A stretch of 64,000 nt of DNA from Ruditapes philippinarum (GCF_026571515.1 NW_026861130.1:124001-188000), one strand, 5' to 3'. Positions 1 through 13,326 are shown, counted from the stretch's first letter. Numbers and translations: made by a program. The notes: a model not told the origin generated them from the sequence alone.

Positions 1-1231
1 TGGTTAAAGTTTTTTGTAAATTCAAATATCTCAATTATTGCTTGAGATATTCAATTGAAACCTACAATACTTATTTATAGTAACAATATACATCAGATTG
101 ACAAGTTGGATAACTCTGCCTACATTATTGACAGAATTATGCCCCTTTTTAACTTAGAAATTTTGGTTAAAGTTTTTTGTAAATTCAAATATCTCAATTA
201 TTGCTTGAGATATTCAATTGAAACTTACAATACTTATTTATAGTAACAATATACATCAGATTGACAAGTTCGATAACTCTGCCTACAATATTTACAGAAT
301 TATGCCCCTTTTCAACTTAGAAATTTTGGTTAAAGTTTTTGTAGATTCAAATATCTCAATTATTGCTTGAGATATTCAATTGAAACTTACAATACTTATT
401 TATAGTAACAATGCTCATCATATTGACAAGTTGAATAACTTTGCCTATAATACTTACAGATTTATGCCCCTTTATAACTTAGAAATTTGGTTAATGTTTT
501 TTTTTGTAAAGTCAAATATCTCAATTATTGCTTGAGATATTCAATTGAAATTTACAATACTTTTTTATAGTAACAATGTACATCAGTTTGCAAAATTGCA
601 TAACTCTGACTGCAATATTTGCAGAATTATTTGCCCCTTTGAAACTCTAAGAAATTTTGGTTAAAGGTTAAAGTTCTTCAAAGATATTTACTTGAAACTT
701 TACTCATGTGCTTAGGGTCATAATTGGAGAGTCATAATTGTATGTCACTGACCAAGTTCCATAACTCTATTCGCATTTAGGCTGATTCATCTCCCCTTTT
801 CTACTTAGTCTATTGGTTAATGTTTACATGCAAGTATTTACATATCTCAATAACTATTAAAGATATTTATTTAAAACTTCACATATGCATTTAGAATCAT
901 AATTGTAGGTCACTGACCAAGATCCATAATTCTATCTTGCATTTAGGCTGATTTTTCTCCCCTTTTTCAACTTAAAAATTCATAGTAAAATTTTGCTTGT
1001 AAGCTGTTATCTATAACTACTGAAGAGTTTGTGCCTTTTTGGGGACATTTTTATGCATTCATAATAATAAAGCAGTGATTAACTTGATAACACATCTTTA
1101 TAACAAGCCTGTGTACCTTTTCAGTCAATTTTATGTATTCATAGGTAACTAGCATTATTATACTCAATAAATCACCCTTGTGACAACATTTTGAATAGTC
1201 GAGCCAATACTGTCCTCCGACAGTTCTTGTT
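1..1231 (+). mobile_element. Non-autonomous Helentron/Helitron-type element (HINE-like) with an internal ~163-bp tandem array; 5' part is outside the window; lies in a TK2 intron
   Basis: Monomer anchor TGGTTAA recurs at 1, 164, 327, 488, 658, 814. The 3' end has a subterminal motif GAATAGTCGAGC (1193-1204), a hairpin CTGTC-ctcc-GACAG (1210-1223) and ends in TTCTTGTT, the layout typical of bivalve HINE-like elements. Confidence 0.7.
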
Positions 1232-1319
1232 TTAAATGCCAGAACCAATTTTTTGTTTAACATACTTGCCTTACAGTAAGAGATGTTTGAACCATAAAAT
1301 AGTTACTAAAGATTGTATA

Positions 1320-1535
1320 TCTGAGGTTGAGTAGTTAACATGTTGGTCTAGACTATAGATCTAAGGATTGCTGTGTGTGTTGGTTGGAACCAGTCAGGGG
1401 CAAGTCCTTTCCTTGAGTAAGAAACTTAACATTCATTGTTTAGTACTGGTTAGTTCCAGGAACATATTCAAGAGTGCTTCATTAAGCTTATAGCTTCCAA
1501 CACAATAAAACTGAAATAAATTTGTATTAACTAAA
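1320..1535 (+). mobile_element. Degenerate tRNA-derived SINE (family A, core AGTACTGGTTGGTTCCAGGAA)
   Basis: Shares ccttgagyaagaaactt...agtactggttrgttccaggaac...aagcttatagcttcca with the minus-strand copy at 29113-29245, and the core with 30525-30723. Confidence 0.6.
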
Positions 1536-1560
1536 TCATATGGTTCTTTATATATTTCAG

Positions 1561-3231
1561 TTTATCTAAGAACTCGGCCAGAAGTTGTTCTAGAAAGAGT
1601 AAAATCACGTCTTAGACCAGAAGAACAATGCATTCCTCTTGTAAGTTGCAATTATTCATTCGAGTGTTGTACTATGAATTGTACGACTATGGTTCATTTC
1701 CCTGATGGCAGGTCACTTGTTGTGATTATGTATTCCTTTCTACTGATATAATAATACTACTATCTAGTTATGTTTAGGATTATAGGGTATTATTTGTTTT
1801 GAGATTCAAAAGAAGATATTTGAAAGGTAAAAACATGGGAGTGACAGTGAAGTAGTTGCAAACTTATTTATGCCGGTTATGAAATGACAAAATGGTCGCA
1901 ATCAATATCACATCATAAATTTTAGACAGTTATGCTCCATTTTCCCTCGAAATTTTTGAGGAGTTGTGTGTTTGAGATATGTTTATTCATAAAGGTTATT
2001 ATTGATTTATTTGATAATTTCAGAAGTATTTAGAAGATCTACATAACTTACATGAAGAATGGTTGATAAATAATGCCTCAATTCTGTCTCCTGCTCCAGT
2101 TCTGGTAAAATAATTAAAACTGTTTATCAATTTATATTGTTATATGAGCCGCGTCACGACAAAACCAACATAGTGCGTTTGCGACCAGCATGGATCCAGA
2201 CCAGCCTGCGCATCCAGGCAGTCTGATCAGGATTCATGCTGTTCACTTACAGACCCTATAACAAGTAAAAAAACTGATAGCGAACAGCATGGATCCTGAT
2301 CACACTGCGCAAATGCGCAGGCTGGTCTGGATCCGTGCTGGTCGCAAACCCATTATGTTGGTTTTGTTATGACGCGGCTCATATTTGTTATATGTATAGA
2401 ATAAGGACAGGTGGAGTAAAGTTAATTATGGACAATTCAAGTTATCCTTTTTATTACAAATACTAAAACTATGTGGCTAATTGTGTCACTGACTTCTAAT
2501 CAGTTGCCTTTGTGGGATCAAATGCTATGGAACTCTTTGGATTATTTTGTGTGAGGGAGCTATTTCTAGTTAGCTGACTTAAGAAAGGTTAGTGGTTCTA
2601 TTCTGGTGTTTGCTTGTGCTTGACATAATTCTCTATAGGGCACCTGACTTCTTCCTCCACCAGTCAAGATAGAAAGTGTCCACATGAGCTTTACAGTGTT
2701 AGTGTGTCTTATAGTAGCACAAACAAACATTATTACCTTTTCATTTTTTGTTTTATAAAATATCTTAAAACAGGCATGTCACTTGTTAGAACAAAAAAAA
2801 ATCATGGTTATCACTTTTAGCTTGCCAATATCTTATTGAATTCTAAGTTTTTTTTAATACACGTATGTTTCTTTAAGCAGTAAAAGTTTTTGCTATTCAT
2901 ATAAGAGAAAAAAATGTGTTTAAAGTATAGATAAGATGGCATAGATTATAATACCACCAAGCATTCAAAATGTAAAAATTTTATGTCTGATAATTACAAG
3001 GCTAAAAGATAGACAAGTCCATTTAAGAAAGGTTAATGTGATAAAGATTAATGTTACTAGGATTATTTTTCTGCTTATATAGACTATGTACAGTGTTTAT
3101 GGTCATGTACTAAATGTTTACAGATCTTCTATTTTATATAGGTGTTGGATGCCAATCAAGATTTACCAAGTATGTACAAAGTATTTGAAGAAGAAAAGGC
3201 CAAAATATTATTTGGTCTCGCAGCTAGTTGA
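1561..3231 (+). CDS. TK2: Thymidine kinase 2 / deoxynucleoside kinase, last three coding exons (5' partial)
   Basis: Exons 1561-1640, 2024-2104, 3142-3231 with AG/GT boundaries and consistent phase translate to YLRTRPEVVLERVKSRLRPEEQCIPL|KYLEDLHNLHEEWLINNASILSPAPVL|VLDANQDLPSMYKVFEEEKAKILFGLAAS*. This matches the dNK lid and C-terminal motifs (YLRT.PE...R...R.R.EE..IPL.YL..LH.LHEEWL). Confidence 0.9.
2146..2380. mobile_element. Palindromic MITE with GAGCCGCG termini and ATAT flanking duplication
   Basis: ~100-bp inverted arms (GAGCCGCGTCACGACAAAACCAACATA...TATGTTGGTTTTGTTATGACGCGGCTC); ATAT on both sides; second copy at 40454-40666. Confidence 0.9.
2470..2710 (+). mobile_element. Degenerate SINE (family B, core TGTGAGGAAGCT...GGTTCTA...CTTCCTCCACCAGT)
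   Basis: Homologous to copies at 5715-5860 (+) and 48160-48325 (-). Confidence 0.55.
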
Positions 3232-5714
3232 TACCTGAAGCAGTAGGTGACTGCTTACTAGGTTCATATATTGTGAGAATGTGAGCAAAGGTTAAAACAG
3301 GAAGTTTAGAGATTATACAAATGGTTTATAGGCTATGGAACAGGTTTAGTGATTATTCTTCTGATTTAGAAAATGAGAAAGTTTGTTAGAAGAACATTTG
3401 GTGTGACGGGAGTTTTGTGACCTCAACAGATTTTTATGAGTTATTGTTAAATAACCATAAAAAGAGTCAATGTAGCAAATACTTATAAAACGTTTTGCAC
3501 AGTATTACTATGGACCAAAAAAAAGAGAGCTGGGATGCAGAATTTGGAATCAGTTTTATTAGGCAGCCATATTTGACTGTAATCAGTCTTGTATACAGTT
3601 TCTCAGGGTGCTCAATCATTCATTTAGTCATTCATTTTGTAAAGAATTATGAATGAAGGACATTTTTATATTGTTTTTACACATATTAATTTTGTAAAGA
3701 TGTTGTTTTGTCAATATGTTATCAAAATTAGATAGAAGTGTTTCAAATAAAATCTGTTATTTGAAAATGATCTGATCAATTAATTGTGTCACAGATTTGA
3801 TCATTGTGCTCTTTGGCTGGTCACCATCAGATTGCCTTACAATAATTTATAACCATATTTTTACTTTTTACCTCACATAAACATGATAAAGAAAACATGT
3901 TTAATTATGAATTTGTAATAAAGATATCTGATACCATTACGTATAAACAGTTGTTTGCAATATAACCCCTGCCTAGTGACTCAGGTTATATAACCATTTA
4001 TACTTACTTACTTAGACATTCAACCGGTCAGTCATCTTAATAACTTATAATATTCAGGGCTGCTGTATATTCATGAAGTACTTTTGATTTTCCTCAAACA
4101 TGCAAATTGTGTTGTATCATGTTTTATTATAAAGGTTTGATAGGTTAAAATTAATGTCTGCATGTAAACATATGTATTCAGTTGTTCACAATACAGCACT
4201 TTTCGTGTATACATATGTATCAGCTGTTTGCCATATAACACTTACCTAGTGGTTTGCTGGGTTATAGATGCTTACAACCATTTGTTCTGAGCCATATAAC
4301 CTGTCAAAAATCTTACTTATATACAATCATATAAACAGAAATACTTAGATGTGTCAATTATGTTACATTTAGAGAGATTTTATGATTTTTAAGAATTTTA
4401 AAGGCATTTTAACTTGACTCTTTGCAGTATACAGTATTTATTCAACAAAATTTTACATAGATTACACAATGCGTGATTAGAATTGTGCTGGTATGAATGT
4501 TTTTGGTCAGCCAAAATTTATGTTTTTTTCCTTAAGTAATTCATGTAGGCGTCCTCAAGTATTCCTCTATAAGTTATGCTTATAAATTATCCATTATGTA
4601 CTTTAACAGTGTCTGCATTACTGAAAATCCTGCAAAAATATTAGAAATTAACTCAAAATAATAATTGTGTACACATGTACTAATATGTGTGATTCAAGCT
4701 TAGTCATATTAAGGTTTTTAATATCTTTTGAGAAGAACTGTTGGTGCATATGGTATGATTACAGATGTATCTTGGTCTATGTAACAGGGCTATTGTATGT
4801 TGTCTGTAATTATCATTCTGCAATCTTTATGTTTATTGAATTATAACCTCACTTGTTATTGTATGGTTAGAATATGAAAACTTTGACTGAAAAAGGCAGA
4901 GATTTAATTAAGTAAGTTTTATTTTAGTTACATTTTTTAGAATAATATGGAGAAAGTGGATCAAAATTCTAGTAACCTGTTACATTGACAACTCAACTTG
5001 AGCTGTTGTGTTCAGAATTTAAACAAATCTCATTAGTTACAGTTCATATATCATTTTTTATCAGAGTTCTTAAATTCTATTTGAAAGATTCTGCTTTTTA
5101 TTGATGTAACAAATATTAATTAATTGTAATTTGATATGGTCAGTGTTTTCTGTAATATCTTAAAAAAGAAATTCAGGGGATCTTAGAAAAGTGCAAGATG
5201 TATGTAGTTAGTGTATAATTTTGATCTTTTTAACAGGTCTACCTGGGACACTTTTAAAGTAATTCTATTGTATAAATGTTTTAGTAATTTTATTGTCGAT
5301 GTTCATTGTGAATGTTTAAAAAGAATTTTACTTTATTGAAAATATCTTGTTGTCTTATTGTTTTGAAATAAAACAGAATTTGCCATAATTGAACGTTTGT
5401 TTAACAGTACTTATATCATGTGAGCTTTTGAATTGCGGGGTAGTATCAGTAACTGTTGTTAGTGAATAATTCACTGTGATACATTATCTTTAAAAACTGG
5501 TGTGCTGGGGTGATTTTTAAAAATTCACAGAATATATGCCATACGAAACGTTTTGTCATTCAAATTTTGGGATGGGGATGTGTAGATGTATAGAAATATT
5601 TCCATGGTCTTGTTGAAACTTTAGTACACCGTTTCAGAGATGTGGCTTTTGAGATTGCTATTTCTTTTCTGTCTCAAACTTAAACTACAAATGAAAAACC
5701 AAACAAAACTTTAG

Positions 5715-5860
5715 GTTTTTGGATTCATTCATGTGAGGAAGCTCTTAATTAAGTCAGCTTACAGTACATAATGGTGCCTCCTAACATGTTTCCTCCGCCA
5801 GTAAAGCTGGAATGTTACCATATCACATTTTCTGTGTCGGTGTAATTTAAAACCCAACAT
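5715..5860 (+). mobile_element. Internally deleted SINE family B fragment
   Basis: ttggattcattcatgtgaggaagct...cctccgccagtaaagctggaa...tgtgtcggtg...aaaacccaac matches the reverse complement of 48160-48325. Confidence 0.55.
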
Positions 5861-6792
5861 AGCAAAGAAATTAAACATAATTTTAACAATGGCTAATTGT
5901 TGTTAATGAATCAATTTAATTAAAACCAGCTCGGAAATAATGCTAGGTTTTACATTGCATGTAAGAATTGAGATATCTGAACCTTATAGTCACTTTATAA
6001 TGAATAACCATATAAATGAATAGCATAGAAAACACTTGCAATTTTCAAAGTGTCTTTTTGAAAATGTAACTATGAATTAATTAATTAATTTATCCTATCA
6101 ACAATTGTTCAGTTCATCTCACGTGCTTCATCGTTATGTTCTTGACAGTATAACAATTGTTCAATCTCTGAATATTTTCTATCAGTAAGTCTGCGAATTA
6201 CTGTTACATGTTCTATAATTTACTGTGCTAATACTGTAGGTCTTAATTATCTGCAGTTGCCTATAATTGTCTTGGAATATATATATAAGATAAAAATCAA
6301 TTCATTTTATTTTTCTTTATTTTATAAAGAAGTTAACAACAAAACGATAATCAACAATCTTTACAAATGCAACTAGGGAACATTTAACATTTTATATACA
6401 TGTATTATTATATACAGAGTATTTAAAACACACGAAATTCACGGTAAAAAATAGTAGTTTCAACACAACATAGCTCAATGCTAATTAATGTTAATTATTC
6501 GGTAACATTTCTTGATCAGTTAAAAAATCGAATTACCTAATAAAAATACAAACTCCTGTTATATCATACTTAAAATTATTCAAGAAAAATGTCTTACACC
6601 AATTTCTAGATGAGTGTAAAGTAAATAGTTTACAAGTTTTGTAATGAAGTACATACATGTGTATATATACTTGTTATAAGGATATAATTTGAAAATAACA
6701 GAACTTGAATAATACTATTTTTACAACATCACATATTTATATAATGTCTAGAAAGTACTGTATGGAAATGTCTATAAAATATAATTATTCAT

Positions 6793-8712
6793 TTAATCGA
6801 CCTCCTCAACAGTTGGTCCACCATGTCCGGCTGCGGCGTTCTGTGAGCCCCCATACTGTTGTTGACCTTGATGTTTTCCTCCGTGAAGTTTAACCATAAT
6901 TGGAGATATTTTCTTCTGGATTTCCTCAAGTTTGTATTCGAACTCCTCTTTCTCGGCTGTTGTATTATTGTCCAACCATTTTACACATTCCTCGCACGTG
7001 TTTTTTACAGTTTCTTTTTCATCAGACGACAATTTATCGTCTGAAACTTCTGATACCGACTGTTTCACACTGAACACATATGCTTCTAGTTTATTTCGTG
7101 CATCCACTCTCTGCCTTTGTTTCTCGTCCTCTTCACGATATTTTTCTGCTTCATTCACCATTCTGTCAATGTCATCTTTTGAAAGCCGACCTCTCTCATT
7201 CTTTATCGTAATTTTGTTCATTTTATTGTTACTCTTGTCTTGAGCAGAAACATTCAATGTTCCATTCGCGTCAATATCAAAAGTCACCTCAATTTGTGGC
7301 ACTCCACGTGGTGCTGGTGGGATTCCGGTGAGGTCAAAGCGTCCTAGTAAATTGTTGTCTTTGGTCATCGCTCTTTCACCTTCAAACACCTGAATACTGA
7401 CTGCTGGTTGATTGTCAGAATATGTTGTAAATATCTGAGACGCTTTTGTCGGAATTTTGGTATTTCGTTCAATGATTTTCGTCATCACACCACCTGCTGT
7501 TTCAATACCAAGTGAAAGAGGAGCAACATCGACTAGAAGAACATCTTTGATTGCTTCTGATGTATCACCAGACAATATGGCTGCCTGGACAGCAGCGCCG
7601 TATGCTACAGCCTCGTCAGGGTTGATAGATTTGTTCAGTTCCTTACCATTCATAAAGTCCTGTAACAGTTTCTGAATCTTTGGAATTCTTGTTGATCCAC
7701 CAACAAGAACAACTTCATGTATCTTAGATTTATCAAGCTTAGCATCACGGAGAGCTTTTTCTACCGGTTCCATAGTTGCTCGAAACAGGTCGGAACACAA
7801 TTCCTCGAACCTTGCTCTCGTTATTTTTGTATAAAAGTCAATGCCTTCAAACAGAGAGTCAATTTCGATATTTGCTTCGGCACTGCTTGACAATGTTCGC
7901 TTTGCTCGCTCACATGCCGTCCTCAATCGACGCAAACTTCGTGAATTTTTACTAATGTCCTTTTTATTTTTACGTTTAAACTCCTCAACAAAGTGGTTGA
8001 CCATTCTGTTATCAAAATCCTCACCTCCAAGATGTGTATCTCCCGCCGTAGATCTCACTTCGAAAATAGATCCTTCATCAATTGTAAGAATGGACACATC
8101 AAATGTTCCTCCTCCCAGGTCAAATATTAACACATTCTTTTCATCGTTTAAGTTTTTATCAAGTCCATACGCTAAAGCAGCGGCCGTCGGCTCGTTGATA
8201 ATTCTCATGACATTAAGTCCAGCAATTGCCCCGGCATCTTTAGTGGCAAGTCTTTGAGCGTCATTGAAGTAAGCTGGTACTGTCACAACAGCGTTTTTAA
8301 TTTTCTGACCAAGATATGCTTCTGCAGTTTCCTTCATTTTTGTCAGAACCATTGAACTAATCTCTTCCGGTGCAAAAGTTTTATTTTCTCCCTTGTACTC
8401 CGCTCGGATTTTCGGTTTGCCTCCCTCGTTGACGATCTTAAACGGCCAGTGTTTGGCATCATTCTGAACGCTCAGATCATCGAACTTGCGACCTATCAGT
8501 CGTTTCGCATCAAAGACCGTGTTTGCCGGGTTCATCGCAGCTTGATTCTTGGCTGCATCACCAATTAATCTCTCGGAGTCTGTGAACGCGACGTAGCTAG
8601 GTGTGGTCCTGTTGCCCTGGTCATTTGCGATGATTTCCACTTTCCCGTGCTGGAATACCCCAACACAAGAATATGTGGTTCCGAGATCTATTCCTATCGC
8701 TGGTGCACTCAT
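6793..8712 (-). CDS. HSP70: Cytosolic inducible-type heat shock protein 70, intronless (copy A)
   Basis: 639 aa; family signatures [36 protein letters not shown]; C-terminal GPTVEEVD; [10 protein letters not shown] form found in invertebrate inducible HSP70s; no introns. Confidence 0.98.
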   Translation of the reverse strand: MSAPAIGIDLGTTYSCVGVFQHGKVEIIANDQGNRTTPSYVAFTDSERLIGDAAKNQAAMNPANTVFDAKRLIGRKFDDLSVQNDAKHWPFKIVNEGGKPKIRAEYKGENKTFAPEEISSMVLTKMKETAEAYLGQKIKNAVVTVPAYFNDAQRLATKDAGAIAGLNVMRIINEPTAAALAYGLDKNLNDEKNVLIFDLGGGTFDVSILTIDEGSIFEVRSTAGDTHLGGEDFDNRMVNHFVEEFKRKNKKDISKNSRSLRRLRTACERAKRTLSSSAEANIEIDSLFEGIDFYTKITRARFEELCSDLFRATMEPVEKALRDAKLDKSKIHEVVLVGGSTRIPKIQKLLQDFMNGKELNKSINPDEAVAYGAAVQAAILSGDTSEAIKDVLLVDVAPLSLGIETAGGVMTKIIERNTKIPTKASQIFTTYSDNQPAVSIQVFEGERAMTKDNNLLGRFDLTGIPPAPRGVPQIEVTFDIDANGTLNVSAQDKSNNKMNKITIKNERGRLSKDDIDRMVNEAEKYREEDEKQRQRVDARNKLEAYVFSVKQSVSEVSDDKLSSDEKETVKNTCEECVKWLDNNTTAEKEEFEYKLEEIQKKISPIMVKLHGGKHQGQQQYGGSQNAAAGHGGPTVEEVD

Positions 8713-8845
8713 AATTGTATGTTTCTTCGAACAGTATTGCGTAAATAAATTGTATTATAAGTATATTTTCTATAATTTCTGTCTTATTATAACTTGTTTC
8801 GTATCAACTGTTTTGTATTTATGAGTACATAGCTGCTAGCGCATC

Positions 8846-8965
8846 GCTTATATATAGTTTTTGAGCTTTCGAGTATTAGTACGAATAGTGTAGATTGTTC
8901 TAGATGCGAACTAAAAATAGAATTTAGAACACTCGAGAAGCAAGAGGAATAATCCATACGACCTT
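8846..8965 (-). promoter_or_regulatory. HSP70-A promoter: TATA box and heat-shock-element-like sites
   Basis: On the minus strand: TCAAAAACTATATATAAGC (8864-8846), an HSE-like cTTCtcGAGtgTTCt (8940-8926), ctaGAAcaaTCta, and a 19-bp block shared with the copy B promoter (8965-8947). Confidence 0.75.
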
Positions 8966-9589
8966 GCCTCGTAATGCAATTAAAGGGAGACAACAGCTTT
9001 AAGAGTATGTCGCCATGTCTGTAACTACATGTTACAATGTAGTATATCACATAACATACCAAAGTATAGTATCACAAAGGACATCACATTATAAAATAAG
9101 AATTCATTATGTAACCGAAGTGAATTTAAAAACATCAAACATACAAAAACAAACAGTGTAATCGTTGATAATGTATAGCGAATGTCTCTTTCATTTAAAA
9201 TACTCGTATGTCTGATAATAATAATCAATTTAAAAATGCCCAAATGCTGTAGAATTGTAAATAATCCGAATTAATTCAACATTTTGTACATAACCATAAT
9301 AAGAAGTATGTAAGTTATGTACTGTTTACTTTTTTATCTATAAATTTACTTAATTTAGGTAGACTTACACTCGATATATTGGAATAAATTTAGTCAACAA
9401 CTCCCATGCTTACATGTTTAGTTACATGCTAAGTTTCTCCGTTCAGTGTATTCTTAGTATTGTATTCGAGGTCCTTACCCAAAATTTCGTTTAGTTTTTG
9501 TAAATCACCCAAAAAACCGTATTTTTTTCATTTCCATATATATACTTTTATTACATAAATTTATATATATGCAGATATGTACTTTAGTG

Positions 9590-9736
9590 NNNNNNNNNNN
9601 NNNNNNNNNNNNNNNNNNNNNNNNNNNNNNNNNNNNNNNNNNNNNNNNNNNNNNNNNNNNNNNNNNNNNNNNNNNNNNNNNNNNNNNNNNNNNNNNNNNN
9701 NNNNNNNNNNNNNNNNNNNNNNNNNNNNNNNNNNNN
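9590..9736. other. Assembly gap (N run)
   Basis: Run of N bases. Confidence 1.
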
Positions 9737-9819
9737 TTCAACCTTACATGACTAAGAACTTGAAAAATGTAAGGTGAAATACTTTGCCAACATATCATGC
9801 ATGTTGCGTAATATTTTTT

Positions 9820-10011
9820 GCACGTGCGCTGAAGTGAGTGTTATACTGTAGCAATTTATTAATTTGCTAGATGACGTCATCCGTCGCAGTGCTATTGTTT
9901 TTAGATCAACGTTTCAGAAAAATAAAATATGGGTCAAGCTAAGAGCTTGTGAAATGAATAATAAACATGAGGTCACAGGATTCTAATAATTTCTTAGAAT
10001 GGTATGTAAGT
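9820..10011 (+). promoter_or_regulatory. Candidate promoter and non-coding first exon of the B-box/RING gene
   Basis: E-box CACGTG (9821-9826), perfect CRE ATGACGTCAT (9871-9880), splice donor GTAAGT (10006-10011); an acceptor-like TAATGCAG ends at 11793, just upstream of ATG 11815. Confidence 0.35.
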
Positions 10012-11814
10012 ATATCTTATTATGAAGTCTTAAGAGCCGGATGTTGCCTCTTGAAATGTGTCGGTGACATTATTCAGTATTGTTATGAGGAATGTCACAT
10101 AATTTGACAAGCGAGAAATCGAAGCGGCACACGATATAAACAAAAAAGATTACGCATGTTTACATATTTTTTTTTCTGTTTTAAGTGTTAAATGATTAAT
10201 TGGTCAATTTGTTTGCTTCATTTATCTGACTTCATACTTATATCACAAAATGTGACCAACCCATATCATGTAACCCGCGAAGTCAATTAGTGGCTGTCCC
10301 CTCGGGCAATATTTTCCATGTTGGATCATATTTTTTTCTGTCCAGTTTTCGTGTATAACCACCTGTAAGTGTTCGTTGCAGTTTAGCATTATATATGAAA
10401 TGGACCACAGAACGTAGCATTAAAGATATAAGAACGTCATAGAACGGTTCTTGTCAGAATTATTTGATGTTTGGGGGGATATTTTTATTAATTGTTTACG
10501 TTATCACCATTAAAATGGCAAAAATGTTGTTGATAAAAGATGTCCGTAATTATAAAAAAAACGTGCAGAATTGGAAGGTCCTGAGAGTAGAAGATACAGT
10601 TCTAATTAGTATGCTGGTGTGCACTATCGAAATTTCAAAGAAAACCCTGAAATGTCACAATTAAACGACCAGCCTCCCTTTCTCGTGCTTTATGTGTTTG
10701 TTCTACATTCACATTCAGACATACAGAACAGAACAGAAAGTTTATTCAGTTATTTTCATATACAGCACATCGACATAAACAAATACATAAATATATTTGT
10801 GACAACAATGACTTGGTTATATTAGCATAATTATATATACAAGTAATATAAGCATAATTATATATACAAGTAAAACAATCTACGACAGTGCTACAAAAGT
10901 TAAAGCGAAAATGTTATTGACACAGTAAATACATTTTCTGTACTGGTATATACAAAACCGTGCTTGTTTTCGGTCATGCTTTTTGTTTGACTTTTGGACA
11001 ACGTCCTATGTTTGGTGTAGACAGTGGACATAACTCACGTGATGATATGAAATGAAACGTTAGGTAAAATACAGCCTGCCTATCTTAGCTACAGTGCATT
11101 TTTTGTTCACTTTTAGGTGAAACATGAAACAACGGGAACTTAAATTTCGAGGTAATAAATTATTTCTGTTTGTTTTTTGTTGTTGATAATTTCAAAATAT
11201 TTAAACAGTTTAAATTGCATTAGCAGTATTTAAAGCAAGTAAAGATTCTTAAAATAAACAACAAAAACATATAGCACTAAAATTAAGGACGTTACCAGAT
11301 TGAATTTTACGATAATTATTTTTAAATGTTAATAATATGTAAAATAAATTAATTATATATTTATAAATGAAATATTGAGAAATATTAATAAATAAATTGC
11401 GTGTTTTCATTTTCCGTAATTTCACTGTAAAAAATCATTTTTCATAGCAGTGAAGCATATTTTTGTATTTTCACTGTTGTCTTGGGGGACTACTTTCTTC
11501 TAAATTCAGTCAGTGCACAAAATTAAAAGTGAATTCTTTCTAATCATAAGCTTAAATAAGAGAATAAACAGAAAATTCAAGTTTTTTCTATCAATACATG
11601 ATTTTTTTTATCTTGGGTTCTGCCACTCGTGAAATATTTATTTTCATACCACTCGATAAAAACAAATCCTGTTTTTATAGGAAAACCTTGAATATCTATA
11701 TACATTGTGTCCATTTTGTTTTGAACTTATCTTGATTAAATACGGGCTTGATAAAAAAAAAATTCTCAAAATCTATTGTATTAATTAATGCAGAGTTTCC
11801 GAGACATAATTGGA

Positions 11815-13326
11815 ATGGCTGCATTTCAAACGTTCCGAAACAGAACACCAAGCCGGTACAGCTATACTCTTCTTGAAAACACGGATTCCGACGCAGATTC
11901 TGTACGGCGACGGTCGGTTTCTTCACAAAATGGCAGTCAGAGATCAGCGCCATTGCTTTGTGACAAATGTTGGCTAAGACAGGAAAGAAATCGCGCCAGT
12001 AAACGCTGTCTTGATTGCAAGCAAAATCTTTGCACGCTTTGTGCACGTGCCGACGAAGTCACGCGACCATGGTGGATTCCGAGTTGGATGGTACAATGTT
12101 GGCGATTTTTGTTTACAAAAACTTATATCCCACATTCGATAGTTAACCTCGAAGCAGCTGAAAATGAAAACACTCATTGGGCTCACACACAAGAGGCGAG
12201 TCATGTCCAACCTATCCCAAGAGTTAAACAATCTAGCCTTCGGTCTAATAAAAGCAGAGCATCTGTAGATACTAACAGGTCACACCAGCCTAAATCTATA
12301 CATTCTTCTTTTACAAAACTGAGAGACATAGAAGAGCCTCCGAGATCTGAATTCAGGAACCAGAGACTTTTCCACTCTCAGAGTTTCGATGCAAAGGAAA
12401 GAAAGAGACAAAATAATGCCCGCAGACCGAGAAGAACCCGAAGCTCAGAAGAATTGATAAAAAGACACCGGAGTGACAATTTAGAGCGTCTCAAACGATA
12501 CAATGAGAATTGGGAAATGAGTTTCAAACTTGCTGATTCTAAAGAAAATGAAACAGTGATAGGACGGCGACACTGTGGTAATAAAATGCTAGGAAAGGAT
12601 GTTAATATAGAAATAACAAATGATAATGAAATAAAACTAAGTGTCAATACAAATAAATCTGATAAACCTCAAGTACCAAAATCAAAAAGTAAAAGAAAGT
12701 CAAAAGACAATACCCCTAGACCTTATACGGAACAGATCTTTGAAGAGGTACCGATATGGTTTAAGAAATCACCAAAACACCCTTCAAATGAAAGACCAAA
12801 GAGTAAAGGTAGTTCACAGGAAATGAGAAAGCATTCCGATATTTCTAATCATGATAAGTTTTCATCAGAAGAAAGTATAAACATGAAAAGAAAACCTAAC
12901 GATCATCCCCAAAATGCTAATTATCATTTCAATCAAGCCAATCCATGGCCTACACGTCGGCCGCGTGACCCAAATACGGAATTTGTTGATTCATTAAACG
13001 AGAAGCAAAATGAAAACTCTGATTCCAATACAGAAAAACATTTTAAAAGAGATAACAGGTATACAGGAAACCACAACACTGCTTATATTGTTGAAGAACC
13101 ACCGGAGTCCTGTCCGATATGTCTTGAAGATTTGCCTGGAGCAGAGGCAAGGGGGTTATCTTGTTGTCATTCAATACATACAAGATGTTTGATTACATAC
13201 CTGTACAAAATGGAGCTTGACTTTGGTATTAGATGTCCACTCTGTGCACAAACAACAATTATTAGGAATTATTACGCACCAAAGCAACAGTGGTATAAGG
13301 AGTTACCTATTTTCACGACTGTTTGA
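11815..13326 (+). CDS. B-box-like zinc finger + disordered linker + C-terminal RING-H2 protein (putative E3 ubiquitin ligase)
   Basis: Long ORF 11788-13326; likely start at ATG 11815 after the acceptor AG at 11792-11793. N-terminal CDKC-x8-A-x3-CLDC-x3-LCTLC (from 11959). C-terminal CPIC-x14-C-x-H-x2-H-x2-C-x15-CPLC (13111-13245). Linker rich in S/R/K/N. Confidence 0.85.
   Translation: MAAFQTFRNRTPSRYSYTLLENTDSDADSVRRRSVSSQNGSQRSAPLLCDKCWLRQERNRASKRCLDCKQNLCTLCARADEVTRPWWIPSWMVQCWRFLFTKTYIPHSIVNLEAAENENTHWAHTQEASHVQPIPRVKQSSLRSNKSRASVDTNRSHQPKSIHSSFTKLRDIEEPPRSEFRNQRLFHSQSFDAKERKRQNNARRPRRTRSSEELIKRHRSDNLERLKRYNENWEMSFKLADSKENETVIGRRHCGNKMLGKDVNIEITNDNEIKLSVNTNKSDKPQVPKSKSKRKSKDNTPRPYTEQIFEEVPIWFKKSPKHPSNERPKSKGSSQEMRKHSDISNHDKFSSEESINMKRKPNDHPQNANYHFNQANPWPTRRPRDPNTEFVDSLNEKQNENSDSNTEKHFKRDNRYTGNHNTAYIVEEPPESCPICLEDLPGAEARGLSCCHSIHTRCLITYLYKMELDFGIRCPLCAQTTIIRNYYAPKQQWYKELPIFTTV

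Noticed and set aside
6705-8824. Several antisense ORFs over HSP70-A (and mirrored over HSP70-B at 18711-20036)
   Set aside because: Shadow frames of the HSP70 coding sequence; they recur in both copies only because the CDSs are near-identical.
9505-9798. ORFs spanning N runs (also 21229-21530)
   Set aside because: Artefacts of assembly gaps.
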